The notes under the pieces were generated by a model. The model was not told the origin of the DNA, ran no database searches, and was given only the letters and a program-made list of their open reading frames with translations. A DNA stretch of 64,000 nucleotides from assembly GCF_009914755.1 (NCBI RefSeq), contig NC_060934.1; one strand, written 5' to 3'. Positions 1-20,232 of the stretch are shown piece by piece. The position numbers and the translations under genes were made by a program. Position 1 is the stretch's first letter, and the number at the start of each line of letters is the position of its first letter. Source of the stretch: the human T2T-CHM13v2.0 reference genome, Homo sapiens.

Positions 1-118
1 TTGGGACACGGAGGTTGCAGTGAGCTGAGATCATGCCACTGCACTCCAGCCTTGGGGACAGAGTGAGACTCTGTCTCAAAAACAAAACAAAACAAAAAAC
101 AAAAAAAAAAAAACACAA
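1..118 (+). mobile_element. Alu 3' end
   Basis: Right-arm end plus A-rich tail. Confidence 0.9.
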
Positions 119-134
119 AAAACTCTTAGATACT

Positions 135-246
135 AGACTTAATACCTGGGTGATGAAATAATCTGTACAACAAACCCCTATGACATGAGTTTACCTATCT
201 AACAAACCTTCACATGTACCCACAAACCTAAAATAAAAGTAAAAAC
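135..246 (+). mobile_element. L1 (L1PA15/L1PB-like) 3' end fragment
   Basis: ACCTGGGTGATGAAATAATCTGTACAACAAACCCC...AAATAAAAGT is a typical old primate L1 3'UTR end. Confidence 0.75.
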
Positions 247-255
247 AAAGCTGTT

Positions 256-562
<307 letters not shown>

Positions 563-689
563 AGCTGTCTTTGGATATTTTCAATGTAATCTAACTTATC
601 AACTATTCCCTTTATGGTTAGTGCTTTTTGTGTCTTGCTTAAGAAATCTTTCCCTGCCCTAAGGCCATAAGGATATTCGTGTGTGTTAT

Positions 690-2233
<1,544 letters not shown>

Positions 2234-3142
2234 TGAGTGCCATCTTTGTCATTAATCTAAAGGGACTGCTTCTAGATGTTCCATTACGTATTCGTCTAAA
2301 CTTGCACCAATATCACACTCCCTTAATGTAGCTTTAAAATCAAGTTTGACATTGGGTAGAGTAAGTCATCTTACTCTGTTCTTATTCAAGATTGTCTTGG
2401 CTATTCTTGGCCCGTTGGATTTCCATTTGATTCCAGAATAAGCTTTTTAATTTCCATGAAAATTTTGCTAGGATTTTAATTTAAATCACATAAACTCTAT
2501 AGGTAACTTTGGGAAGAACTGATATCTTTACAATATTGACTTTTTCAATCTAAGAATATGGCTTATTCCTTCATATATTTAGGGTTTTTTGTTTAATGTT
2601 TATGTCTTCTGTGTAGATGTATTACACCTATTTTATCAATTTATTCTTAGGTATTTGATTTTTTAACTTTTTATTATGAAGTAATTTCCAAATTAAAGAA
2701 AGGCTGTAAGAATAGTACAGAGAAACCCCTTGTTCCCTTTACTCAAAATGTTTTTCAACATTTAACAAAACATTTTGCCACATTCACTTGTTTATTCTGT
2801 TTCCCTCTTTCTTTTTCATTCTCTCTATACGTGTATGTTATTTTTATTTTCCATCTTTTCCTTAATAATCTGAGAGTAGATTGCATAAATCAGGCTCCTT
2901 TACTCCTTTATATTTCAGTGTGTGTTTTGTAAGAACAAAGAGAGTCTCTCATATAACCATGGTATAGTTACCAAATTCAGAAAATTTGACCTTGATAGAA
3001 TACTTGTATATAATGTAGTCTATCTTCCAAGTCATCGATCATCTTAATGATGTCCTTTCTAGCATTGTTTCCCTGGAGGTACACGGTCTCATTCAGAGAC
3101 ACCTACTGCATTTAGTTGTCAATTTGTGTTAGTTTTCTTTAA

Positions 3143-3476
<334 letters not shown>

Positions 3477-3999
3477 TAGTTTCTTAAGCTTTTTGTTTTT
3501 CATGATATTGACAATTTTGAAGAATACAAGCCAGTTATTTTATCACATGTTTCTCAATTTGATTTTGTCTCATGTTTCTCCACTATTATGTTTAGGCTAT
3601 ACATCCCTGGCTAGAATATTATGGAAGTCATGTTGTGTCTCTTGGGGTATCACCTATGAAGGCCTGTCACCCCACCTGCCTCTTGCGGGTAATTATTTTG
3701 ACCACCTGCCCAAGGTATTGTTCAATTTTTCCACCGTATATTTACTATTTTCTCCCTTGGAGCTAATAAGCAATCTATGGGGAAACACTGGGGCCACGAA
3801 GACATCCTACTCCTCATCCAAATTTCTTTTTAAGTTTAGCTTTCACTGATGATTCTTGTCTCAACCAATCTTTGCTATAATGATTGCAGAAACATAATTT
3901 TCCAGCTCCACCCCCTCCTTCTGTGTTTATTGTTCAGGATTCTGCTGTCAGGAGGAGACTTCTCTTGTCCTTCATTTTTTTTTTTGTTTTTCTATTTAT

Positions 4000-4290
4000 T
4001 ATTATCATTTTTTAGAGACTGGGTCTAGATCTGTTACGTAGGTGGGAGTGCAGTGGCATGATCATAGCTCACTGCAGCCTTGACCTCCTGAGCTCAAGGA
4101 ATCCTCCTGCCTTAGCCTCCTGAGTAGCTAGGTCTATAGGCTTGTGCCCCACGCCTGGTTATTTTAAATTTTTTTGTAGAGACAAGGCCTTACTATGTTG
4201 CCCAGGCTGGTCTCAAACTCTTGGGCTCAAGTGATCCTTCTGCCTCGGCCTCTCAAATTGTTGGGATTACAGGCATGAGCCACTGAGCTT
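4000..4290 (-). mobile_element. AluJ
   Basis: ATCATAGCTCACTGCAGCCTTGACCTCCTG diagnostics. Confidence 0.85.
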
Positions 4291-4789
4291 GAGACTGTTT
4301 ATTTTATGGATTCATTGATTCCTATTATATTTAATGAGTTATAATCCATAGTGTCCTTATTTATTTTGACACTCAAATTGTCCCAGATTTGGGTCATAGG
4401 AGCATCTTCAGGCTGGCTCCTGTATCCTTCGGCATGCTCTCCTCTTCTGCTTTGAGGACGTCGTTGATTTCTAGGCCTGTACAATACTCCAGGCTCATCT
4501 TGTGCCTTCCCTGTCTCAGCTCTAAGACTGTCGATGTCTCTAACAAGCCCTCGGTCCTAGATCTGGTTGTAGTTGTGTTATTGCCAGTGGGTGTCATTGC
4601 TTCTAGGGTGTTTCAGTGGCCAGAGTTGGGATAAATATGTGTGTGTGTTCACATATGCGTAAATAAAACCATACAATAACTATAATATGTATGTGTGTGT
4701 ATCTATATCTATATATGGTTGTATTATTGGAAATATACATTCATATTGAGATCTCCAATTCTAATTCAGTGCAAATGTTCTTCTTTCAC

Positions 4790-6170
<1,381 letters not shown>

Positions 6171-6458
6171 TTCAAGGATTTTCCTGTCTCCCCTCCCCCA
6201 CGCCACTTCCATGGTCTGGAAGCCACAGGCAGAGCCCCTAAGGTGGTTATGTTGAGATTAGGTGTGGAATTCTTGGCATCATTTGAAGTTACTCTGTATC
6301 CTAGTAATGCTGAAAGCATGTGTGTCTTATTTGTACTTCTTGATAAACTTCTTTTTGGAGATTGCGTAGAGGGTTTTTAATTCAAGTGGCTGCTATTATG
6401 CCTCATGCTAGGAACCTTTTTGGGGGTGCTTTTCTATACTATTATAAAAATTATATAA

Positions 6459-7131
<673 letters not shown>

Positions 7132-7919
7132 AGTTAAAGATTTTTAAAAATTCATTTTTTAATTATTTACTGCTAGTATGTAGAAATGACAATTGCTTTT
7201 TAAAACAGTAGTTGTCAACATGGGCTCCCCTCCCTGGGTCTTCATCTTCCCTGAATGGCGATTCTTCAGTATATTTTTACTTCCCTATATGCCCAAGCAG
7301 ATTATTTTTACGTTTTTTTTTTTTCAGCTGTTAGATAAAGATACTGAGATACCAAGAACATAAATAACTTTTCCTAAACAAATTTAAGACTGAATTATAG
7401 ACTCAGTGATCTAGGATGATTTATGTACTTATTTATGTTCAGAGATGGTTGCCCAGGCTGGTCTTGAACTCCTGGGCCCAAGAAATCCTCTTGTCTCAGC
7501 TTCCTGAGCAGCTGGGACTACAGGTATGCACCACTGCACCTGGATAGGATGATTTGGTCTTGTCTTAAGGAGCAACACATACATATATTTTTTTCCCTTT
7601 TCCAGATTCCGGGGTCTGTTATCTGTGTGATGAGGCCATGGGGAAAATGCAGTGAATATAGGCTTTGCCATAGGTAAGACGTTGCAGTTAGGAAAGTGGA
7701 AGTGACTTAGGGTGGAGAAATGGGAAGAGAAATTGGTTTAGTGTGTGGAGAGAGGAGGCAGTAAGACTTAACTCTTCCCAGGGGTAGACATTAAATGGCT
7801 CATATTTCTGGTCACTGACTGAGTTATTTTGTACCTGGACAACTTCAGAAGTCAGCATGTCAGAATGCATAAATGAAGAGGGCCATATGATGTGACTCTA
7901 TCTGACACAGTTTTATCTA

Positions 7920-8370
<451 letters not shown>

Positions 8371-10494
8371 TCACGGAGATAATGATGCCTTCTTTTTCCC
8401 ATTTCATATGAGAAGTATAAGTTACCTAATATTACTCATTCTTCTACCAAGAAACTAGAGGAATATTTTTGAGGTAACTGATTGTGTCATGCAAGGTTTA
8501 AAAGCCCTTCAATGGTTTCCTGTTGCTCTTGCGTTTAATGACACACGTCCTAACCACAGCTCACCGTGTCCTGGGGCATCTGGTTCTTGCCTGTCTCTCT
8601 AGCCTCAGCTCAGCCTACACTCCTCGGCCACAGAGGCTTTCTTGAACTCTTGTTTTTGCACACTCCCTCCCATGTAACACCTTTGTGCTTGCTGTTTCCT
8701 CTGGATAGTAAGGGTCCGGTTCCCTCTTTACCAGGTGGTTTCTAATGCATCAGATGGTGTCATGGCATCAAGGAGTCTTCCCACCCTCCGGGCTAGATTA
8801 GGCCCTATGACATGCGCTCATCGGACCACATGCCTCCTTTGTAGGACACCCAGAGTTGCAGTTTCACCTTTATTGGTGTCATTATTTGCTTCATGCCCGT
8901 TCTCTCACTAGACTTAAGCACCTTGAGAGTAGGAACTGGGCCAGTTTTGACTCAGCACTCTCTTCCCAAGATCTAGCCCCCTGCCTGGGATAGTAAGCAC
9001 CCACTAAATATTTGCCAAATAAATGAAGGAAAGACATTTTTATTCATTTCATCCTAACTGTAGATTTTCCCAGTTCTTAAACTTGTTTTCTGAAACGTGG
9101 GTTTGGATAAGAAGCATTCAGGAACAGATTATTGAAATTGGGAAAGAAAGTGAAAGATGCTCTTCCAATGGCCTTGCTACAAGTAATTAGTATTCAACCA
9201 CTTCCCCCGTCTGGAACCTAGTTTCAAGTGCCAAGAGAAAATGTGTCTAGCATTTAAATGGATTCTTCCAGAACACCAGTGGCCATGCAATTGCTGAAGT
9301 AGCCAAGCTCCTGTGCATTGTAAATGTCAGCCTTGTTCCAACACCTCTGCTAAGGTAAGGACGAGAACCGAAGAGCGTTACCTTTCAATTTATGATTTCC
9401 TGGTGCGTGTGTGATGCCTGGGAGGCCCAGGCTACGTTCCTTTAGCCACTGAAGGACTCTGACAGCTGCCTCCTGGGGGTGTGGGAGCCAAGAGGCGGGA
9501 AGTCAAACTTCAGATGTGTCTATTGAATGGCAGGATGAAGAGCCTGGTAGCAGTGCTTGCGGAAGGGCTGGGAAGCCGAATTCTTTGAGAGTAATGAAGC
9601 CACTTCCGGGCAGGTAGCACAGGGAGCTGATGAAGCCCAGTGTTTGAATCAGACCTCTTTTAGCTCCAGTCCTGGTTCAGTACTCTCTAGGTGTGTGATC
9701 TTGGACAAGATGTTCAAGCCCCAAGCCTATGAGTCTCTAACTAAGGTTGTGTAGAATAAATGAGACAGTGTACCTCAGACCTTTGATAAAAAGTGAATGT
9801 TCAATAAAGGTAACAGGATACTGTGACCCCAAATAGCCACAGCGCCTTCTCCCGTGGGTGGAGGGTGGAGCCTATGGGTATCTGTGTGTGCTTTCTCCCC
9901 CACACTGTGGGCATGTATTTATATTTTTAAAGCTAAATTGAAATGAATCCTAGTTCAACCTTGAATGGGAAGAAGTATTGCAAAAGGGCAATAGGCTATC
10001 AGAGGGTGGGTGTGGAAGTGGGAGAGGCAGGTACCTATTTACTTAGGGAATATTTACCAATCTCTACCATGTGTGGGAATCTGTGCTTAGCACTGAGGAT
10101 AGACCAGAGGGTGGGATAGACAGTTGCCCCTGCCCCGATGGTGGCTGCCATCCAGCAGGGAGGGCAGATGTGAAGCATTACATACGTGCTTACTTGCCAT
10201 TGTGCATGTATGTTGTATGTTATGAACAAGTGCAAAGCACCCCGAGTTCACAGACAGGGGCTGTAACTGTCTAGTTTGGTGAATGGCTGATGAAGGCAGT
10301 GCTGGGAGATGATAAATGTCCCTTCTGTCCCTTAGGACTTGCAGATAATGGTCTCCTGTGTCCCTCCCTTGACTCCAGGCTGTCTAGTGAAGGTGATCGT
10401 TCCAATTGCCCTATTAGGACATCGGGGTTTCTTAACTAAACCCTGAATGATGCCTTGGATTTATGCATTCTGGCCAACGTGTTGAAATACGTCA

Positions 10495-10886
<392 letters not shown>

Positions 10887-10990
10887 CTATGTGGGAAGAT
10901 TTCATTTCAGGTCTCTTGAGAACAGGGTCAGATGGAGGAGGCAGGCTTTATTTCAGATTTGGACAATAGGCCTGAGGGCTTGATTTATAG

Positions 10991-11310
<320 letters not shown>

Positions 11311-11649
11311 TGATCCATATTCTCATGATGGCTGTGAAATTAGAGATGTGACTAGAAGCAGCTGCCCACCAAAAGTAAAACAAACAAAAATGAGGCCTGG
11401 AGTTTTCCCCGTTCCTCTTCTGGGGCCCGAGGAGCTTGCCACCCGTGGGTGAAAAGCGTTGCCTTCCCGAGAACGCCTGCTCTTTAAGGGATCCCCGCCG
11501 CCATGCAACCTACAATCGCACGGCCCTTTACAGTGTATAAAGCCCTTCAAACCTTGAGGGGGCTGTCGGGAAACCTGTGTTCTGTTGACAGTTCTGTCAG
11601 TCACTCTGGGCTTGAGGGTTCTCTAAGGAAAGCATGGAGATTGGACTGG

Positions 11650-12366
11650 AGTATGTTAAGGACTGAATTGCATCCCTGCCAAAAACAGCACGTTGGAGTC
11701 CTACTCGCCAGCACCTCAGGGTGTGACCTTATTTGGAGAAAAGTCTTTCCAGAGGCCATCAAGTTAAAATGAGGTCATTAGGATGGGCCTTAATCCAGTA
11801 TGGCTGATGTCCTTATAAAAAAGGGAAATTTGGAGACAGGCACATGCAGAGAGAAGGTGATGAGAAGAGGGAGTGAAGACAGCTGACTACAGGTCAAGGA
11901 CAGACACCTGGATAGATCCTTCCCGCAGCCTCAAAGGACCCAGTCCTGCCGACACCTTGATCTTGGACTCCCAGCTTCCAGAATCAGGAGAAAATAAATT
12001 TTTGTTGTGGGCCGGTGCGACAGCTCATTCCCATAATCTCAGCACTTTGGGAAGCTGAGGCAGGAGGATCACTTGAGCCCAGGAGACTGAGACCAGCCTG
12101 GGCAGCATGGGGAGACCTGTCTCTACAAAAAATAAAATAGCTGAGCCTGGTGGCACTTACCTGTGGTCCCAGTTAGTTGGAAGGCTGAAGGGGAAGACCG
12201 CTTGAGCCCAGGAGGTCAAGGCTGCGGTGGGCTATGATTGCACCACTGTACTCCAGCCTAGGTGACAGAGCGAGATCCTATCTCTAAAAAAAAAAAAAAT
12301 TAAAAAACTGTTGTGTAAGTCCCTCCATCTGAAGTACTTTGTTGCGACATCCTCAGCACACTAATA
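11650..12366 (+). mobile_element. MLT1B/C MaLR LTR interrupted by an Alu (12011-12300)
   Basis: GTGACCTTATTTGGA...AAGTTAAAATGAGGTCATTAGG...CACCTTGATCTTGGACT...CTAATACA. Confidence 0.8.
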
Positions 12367-12649
12367 CAGTGTACTGAAGCTTTTTTGTGTGTGCTGTAGC
12401 CCCTCTGATCCTCCAGGGTTGATCCTGAGCCCCTTCTTAGAATAATGTTTACATTTAAAAAATAACACACTTTGGATTACGAAGGAGAGAACTCTTGAAA
12501 TACTGATATCAAAATGCCAAATATAAACATTTACGATGTAGAAATATATGTACCACTTTAATAATGCATTCAATAGTGGCAAGTCTGAAAACAACCGTAA
12601 TTTCACAGTAGAGATGAAGGGTAAATACTCTTTCAAGACATCTGCAACA

Positions 12650-13010
<361 letters not shown>

Positions 13011-13279
13011 TCATGTGGTATGCTGCCTATCTTCTTAATGAAAATGCTAAATATTAGTTCCTGGCTAGTGGAGGAAAAGATTTTTTTTCCCACCCAAGTT
13101 TACATATTCTTGAATTTGATCTGTTCCTGGACTGGGTGGTGTCCACTAGGGGACTTTTGGGGTCTGTGGTTAGGCGACTCTGGGTGGATTGTCCCATGAG
13201 GCTGATGCCTCTTGCTCTTTGCTTAAGACTCAGTGACCCTTCGGCACTTGGGGGCCTTGTGCCAGGGGCAGGTGGTCAC

Positions 13280-13530
13280 GGCCCCGCCCCTCTGTTGTCA
13301 TGGCGACAAACCGATGTGGCCTCTGGAAGCTGCTCCCTTCTCTGTCCTCTTCCAGAGCCTTGCCGTGGCTCCGGTAGATTTCTCTGCATAGCTTGTCTGT
13401 GACTCGGCGAAGGAGGTGTGTGGAGAAGGTGCCAGTTCCCTCAGCGGAGCCACCCTCGGGGCCTGCGCCTGACTCAGACAGGAAGTAGCTGACACTCCAT
13501 GCCAGGAAGTAGCTGACACTGCATGCCGGG
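13280..13530. promoter_or_regulatory. Candidate promoter/enhancer: GC box, RFX X-box, duplicated ETS sites
   Basis: GGCCCCGCCCC at 13280-13290, GTTGTCATGGCGAC at 13294-13307, and 2x CAGGAAGTAGCTGACACT. The region is locally CpG-enriched. Confidence 0.45.
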
Positions 13531-13713
13531 AACGCTGTCCCCAGCCTTGTGATGGAGTCAGGCCTCTGCCGGTGACTCACCGCCATCACCCAGGCGCTGC
13601 TCTTGCTGGGAATTTTCTCATGAGCTCATCTGGGCAGTGCAAAGAACCACACAATTGTTCCCCACACGCGTTCTTATTGTGCAAAAGGGAAACCTTGGTT
13701 TGGATCTTGTGGG

Positions 13714-13885
13714 TTTTTTTCTTTTTTTGAGATGGAGTCACGTTCTGTCACCCAGGCTGGAGTGTAGTGGTGCGATCTTGGCTCACTGCAACCTCCGCTT
13801 CCCGGGATTCTCCTGCCTCAGCCTCCTGAGTAGCTGGGATTACAGGCATGGGCCACCACGCCCGGCTAATTTTTGTATTTTTCAT
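13714..13885 (-). mobile_element. Partial Alu (right arm)
   Basis: Antisense right monomer. Confidence 0.85.
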
Positions 13886-14923
13886 AGAGAGGATTACATC
13901 ATCAAGAATGAAACATTTTTTTTTTAATGGCTTAAGGGGTATATGGCTCTTCAAATACACGCAGGGGTTATGCTTTCTCCATGTGGAGGGTGGTGCTCCC
14001 TCTGCAGCCCACCCATTCGGAGACAGGCTTTCTTCATGCTGGAGTATCTCATTCCTCGAAATATGCTTGCTATTTCATGCTTGAAATCAAGATGTCTCCC
14101 AATTCATGGCACCTTGTATTTGACAAATAGACTGCGTAAAGACAGAGTCTGTCTTTAGGGAATGAGAGGATTTTTGGTAAAAACAGAACCAAAACTTCTA
14201 CTGACCCAAGAGAAGGCTTTGTTTGCTTGGAGTGGATTATCAGCCAAATGCTATCTTTATTTTGTGGGATTTTGGCCTTTGAATCAGGTTCATGGGTGGC
14301 ATGCTATAGAAATAGGATAACAAATGGGATAATTCTTCAAACAGAAACATGGCCTAGAATGGGAGGGGTTGTTGTTTATTTATATGTATGTGTCATAAAA
14401 ATATTTTAGATCATAACTTAGCAAATGTATGAAAGTGGAAAATGTGTTTATGGATCTATTTCATAAAAGGGCCATGCTTCAGAAAAAAAAAAAATCCCAA
14501 GAAACAAACCAAAAAATGCCAAAAAGAGAAATCTCTGTATGGGAGACTATCATTTAGCTGCAGACAGGATAGTTACAGATTAATTGCTGGCCTTATCTAA
14601 CTACTAGCTACAATAACTCCAATTTGGGGTCGGCCAAGTACCAATGAACTTCGCTTTCTCTGGGCAACAGCTGAGATGTTGCAGCTGCAAGTGGGGTTAA
14701 ATAGCCTCCAATAAAGGAAAAAACTTGAGGAGTAATTCAATTAAAAAAAATTGACATAATTATAGATTCAAGGATGATGCAAACAAAAAGTGTGCAGGAA
14801 GGTCCTTGTCCCCTTCCCTCAGTTTCTCCCAATGTGACATCTTACATAGCTACAGTACAATATCACAACCATGATATTGAGATTGGGTCACAGAACCTAC
14901 CTAGATTTCCCATTTTATATGTA

Positions 14924-14926
<3 letters not shown>

Positions 14927-14958
<32 letters not shown>
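14927..14958 (+). repeat. (TG)n microsatellite
   Basis: About 16 perfect TG units. Confidence 0.95.
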
Positions 14959-14960
<2 letters not shown>

Positions 14961-15185
14961 TTGTAGGCAGGTTTATCACATGTGTGGATTCTTATAACCA
15001 TCACCCAAATCAAGATATATCTTGATTTTGCTCCATCACCAGGAGGCTCCCTCATGCTACCCCTTTAGAGCCTCAAGTCACCTTCCCTCCTTTCTCCTCC
15101 CCACCTGCTGGCAACCACTAACCTGTTCCCCATTGCTGTAATTTTGTCATTTCAGAATGTTGCATAAATGGAATCATATTGTATG

Positions 15186-15935
15186 TGATACAGTTTGGAT
15201 CTGTGTCCCCGCCCAGATCTCATGTTGAAATGTAATCCCCAGTGCTGCAGGTGGGGCCTGGTAGAAGGTGATTGGATCATGGGGATGGTTTCTTTTTCTT
15301 TCTTTCTTTCTTTTTTCTTTTTCTTTTCTTTTCTTTTTTTTTGAGACAGAGTATCGCTCTTTCACCCAGGCTGGAGTGCAGTGGCGCGATCTGGACTCAC
15401 TGCAACCTCCGCCTCCTGGGTTCCAGCGATTCTCCTGAGTAGCTGGGATTACAGGTGCACACCAACACGCCCAGCTAATTTTTGTATTTTTAGTAGAGAC
15501 AGGGTTTCACCATGTTGGCCAGGCTGGTCTTGAACTCCTGTCCTCAAGTGATCCACCTGCCTTGGCCTCCCGAAGTGCTGGGATTACAGGTGTGAGCCAC
15601 CACACCCGGCCGTGGGGGTGGTTTCTAATGGTTTACATCATTTCCCTTGTGCTGTGCTCACAACAGAGTTCTTGCAAGATCTGTCTGTTTAAAAGTGTGT
15701 GGCATATCCCTGCCCCCGCACCTCCCTCCTGCTCTGGCCATGTAAGATGTGCCTGCTTCCCCTTTGCCTTCTGCCATGATTGTAAGTTTCCTGAGGCCTC
15801 CCTAGAAGCTGAGCAGATGCCAGCACCACGCTTTCTGTACAGCCTAAGGAACTATGAGCCAATGAAACCTCTTTTCTTCATAAATTACCCAGTCTCAGGT
15901 ATTTCTTTATAGCAGTGTGAGAATGGACTAATACA
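15186..15935 (+). mobile_element. MSTB-like MaLR LTR interrupted by an Alu (15292-15611)
   Basis: TGATACAGTTTGGATCTGTGTCCCC...AAATTACCCAGTCTCAGGTATTTCTTTATAGCAG...CTAATACA. Confidence 0.85.
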
Positions 15936-16012
15936 GCATGTAACCTGCTAGTGGACTTCTTCATTCAGAAGGATTCCTTTGAGATCCATCCAAGTCATTT
16001 CTGTATTAATAG

Positions 16013-16665
<653 letters not shown>

Positions 16666-18877
16666 AGCCACTGTTGATTTTTAACCAGTTATCCCCTGAA
16701 GACCATTTGGGTTGTTTCCAGTTTGAGGTTATTTGGAATAAAATAGCCATCTGCATAGCCATTTTAAAGCTAAAGTGGATACTAACTTCTAGAGCAGAGG
16801 TTTGCGGAGGGCAGACTTTTGTACACATTTCTATCCTCTAGGACTTAGCCTAGTGCTTGCATGCAGATGCTCAATAAATGCTCGTTTAAGGAATGAATAG
16901 ACACATAGGAGCCATTTAAGGAGACAGTGTGGTGGGTGGTAAAATCATAGGTTTTAGACTTAGACAGACTCGAATGCTAGGCCTGACTTTGTTACTTTCT
17001 CCCTGAGAGGTCCCATGCAGAGGCCTCTGCTCCTTATCTGTAAAACGAGATAGGAACAGGACTGCTGTTATAGGGCTGCGGCGAGAATTCACTGAGGAAA
17101 TGCATGAAGCCCTGAGTGTGGTGTCTGCCACACAGCAATTGCTCACTAACCTTCAGTTGTGATGATTACTATGAATAGATCATTGATGTGCATAAGATCA
17201 TAATAATGCAATAGCTACTAACTTATTATGGCTTTTATTCTGAATGCTTTTATCCCTCCAATGAGGACATATCATTTATATAGTCTATATTCATGCATGG
17301 TTAAATTTTTAAGTCATGTAAATGTGAATTTTTAAAATGTCTCAACTGACTTCTTTTTTAAATAACAAGTCTTTCTTAGTGTTATTATCTTAGGAACATT
17401 AGTGGTCAACTATCTAACATCGTATGCATATTTTTAGAAATTTGGAAGGACTGAAATGTTCTTTTCTGTGCCGCCAATCGGGTTTCTATCAACCTTGGGA
17501 AAGGGCATCTGCTCTTATAAAAATGGGCTGAGCAGATTTTATTTTTCCTGTTCATCATATTATAAATTCATCTGGAGGAACAACAAGGATCTTGGTTCTT
17601 TGGTTGATGTATGAGCACTTAGAAGAGAGAAAGGCTCTTTCCTGCTTCCTGCTGTGTTTGCTGTCTGTGTGCCTGGGGTCACGTTTGGGGGAATGTCTCT
17701 CCGTCTCTCCGGTGACCTCCTGGAATGTCAGCAGAGCCCTGAGTCACTCAGAACCTCCCGCCAGACAGCATGAGGCGGCAATCAGAAACTAACCATTAAC
17801 TAGCTCCGGGGACACCAGGAGGTGAACAAAATTTCCAGCCATTTGACAAAGACCAGTGCTATTTACCATTACATAAATGAGGCTGGAGTCATTGATCTTG
17901 ACTTCTCAAGGCACTCCTATGCGGAAGGTGCTGGGCTACTCTCTGCTGGGTTCTGGGGATTAATTAGACATTGGCCTGACCCTGGCTGCATGCTGTGTGT
18001 GTAGGAAAGGCTGTGAAGGAAGGCCTCTTGGAAGACTCTGAGCTTTGCAGGTGGGCAGGACATCAATAGGCAGATAGGACCGGATAGCTTTGGGAGACAG
18101 GGTTCCAGGGCTTTCCACGCTGTCCGTGTCACACAGCGGACACACCTGGCTCGTTACCTTTGAGCTGTGACATCTTTGCTCAGCTGCCCCTTCTACCTAA
18201 AACCCCTTCTCTGGAGACATTCTCTTCATCAATCAAGACCCAGTGCTGGCGTCTCTTCCTCCAGGATAACTGCCTCACGTCTACCAGGCAGAAGGAATTG
18301 GATTTTTCCCTCTGTGGTGACATAGTCCTTTATTAAGCTGTATGTAGTACTTGCCGCCTTATTTTATTTGGATATGTAGACCATCCGTCTTCCTCCTTTG
18401 GGCGGATAGCGCCTTGATGGTACGATTGGGCATGGGCCATGTCATGTCCCTAGAAACATGTGCATGGCCCCAGCCTGTGGAAGGCATCAGCCAGTGTTTG
18501 TGAACCTGGCTCGCCTGACGGTGGGAGGAAGTAGGACGGGCCAGTGGCTCTCAGTGCTCACCAATATCCTGTGTTCCTCATCCTTCAGGACACACCCTTA
18601 GATCGTGTAATGTCTTTTGTCACTGCCTTTGTGTTAGATGTGAGCATAGCATCAATCCTGGCCATGGAATTTGTCACTTTTAGCCCAGTCTAGAAAAACC
18701 TTCTCTGCAGGAGCCCTGCTGTCTTCTCCATCTGCTTGCTGAATAGAGAGGGGCATGAGGCTCTCTAGGAGGACAGAGCCACAGATAGCAGAAGTCAGCG
18801 TCCCTGGTTAGAAGCAAGGGGGACTGTTCCCTGATTGGGAACACTGAATTGGGCTTTATGAGAGTGAGGCACATGCT

Positions 18878-19353
18878 TTTTTTTTTGTTTTAAATTTTTT
18901 ATGTTTCTGTAGTTTTTTGGGGGAACAGATGGTGTTTGGTTACATAAGCAGGTTCTTTAGTGATGATTTGTGAGATTCTGGTGCACCCATCGCCCGAGCA
19001 GTATACACTGAACCCAATATGTAGTCTTTTATCCCTCACCCCCTTCCCACCCTTTCCCCCTGAGTCCCCAAAGTCCATTGTGTCATTCTTATGCCTTTGC
19101 ATCCTCATAGCTTAGCTCCCACTTATGAGTGAGAACATGCGATGTTTGGTTTTCCATTCCTGAGTTACTCCACTTAGAATCATACTCTCCAGTCTCATCC
19201 AGGTTGCTGTGAATGCCATATATTCATTCCTTTTTATGGCTGATTAGTATTCCATCATATATATATATATATATATATATACACCACAGTTTCTTTATCC
19301 ACTCATTGACTGATGGGCCTTTGGTTGGTTCCACATTTTTGCAGTTGTGAATT
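18878..19353 (-). mobile_element. L1PB-like 3' end fragment with internal (TA)n
   Basis: GGGGAACAGATGGTGTTTGGTTACAT...CCCCAAAGTCCATTGTGTCATTCTTATGCCTTTGC is an L1PB 3'UTR. Confidence 0.85.
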
Positions 19354-20054
19354 GGTGAGGCAGAAGCATTTAATTGGGAAAGTTCCTGAAAGTTTGGGAT
19401 TGTTTTGTTACAACAGCCAGCCTGACTCAGTTTAACTTTACTTACTAACACAGAGATGGAGACTGCATCCTAGGGCATACAGAAACGGCTCCATCTAGCT
19501 GCAAGTGAAGCCCAGACTGTGTAGTTTTGATTCTGGACAACCACATGCCCAGCTAAAAATTTGGCATTGGTAGAAGAAGAGAATAACAGATATCGGGGCT
19601 CCCATAACAGCATCTTCCATAGAGGCTCAGACAGCTCTTTGAGGTTTTAAAAAGTGCCACTTCTCTTAACTGATACATTCCACTGTTTTTCCCCCACCCT
19701 CCAATTAAACCAAGTAGGGTTCATCTCACTGAAAAGCTGTTGAATCAGGATTTTCTTTCTTTTCTATGCTTTTTTTAAAAAAAGTTATACTGGGGCAAAC
19801 TTTGAGGTATTAACTAAAGTTTCCTTAATCTCCCTCTGTCTCTATTACTTGGCACTGCACTCCAGGATCCTCCTAGGGAACTAGACCCACAAGGCTGAAG
19901 CAGGCTTCACTTTAGTAAGAAGGCAGATGCAGCAAAGATCGATTGAATCTCTAAGTAGATTTTAAAACAAATTCATGAGCTTGAAATCTAAGGAAATTAA
20001 AATGGAAAGATTTTTGAGCCCAAAGAATAAATCCTGAAGGACTCAGAGCATGAA

Positions 20055-20232
20055 TTTTTTTTTTTTTTTTTTAAGAGATGAGGTCTCACTATGTTGCTCA
20101 GGCTGGAATGCAGCGACTATTCACAGGCACCTTCACGGCACACTACAGGTTCGAACTCCTGGGCTCAAGTGATCCTCCTGCCTCAGCCTCCCGTATAGCT
20201 GGGGCTACAGGCACACACCACCATGCCCGGCT
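20055..20232 (-). mobile_element. Monomeric Alu (FAM/FRAM-like)
   Basis: CTATTCACAGGC 7SL-like segment; TSD TGAATTTT. Confidence 0.75.
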
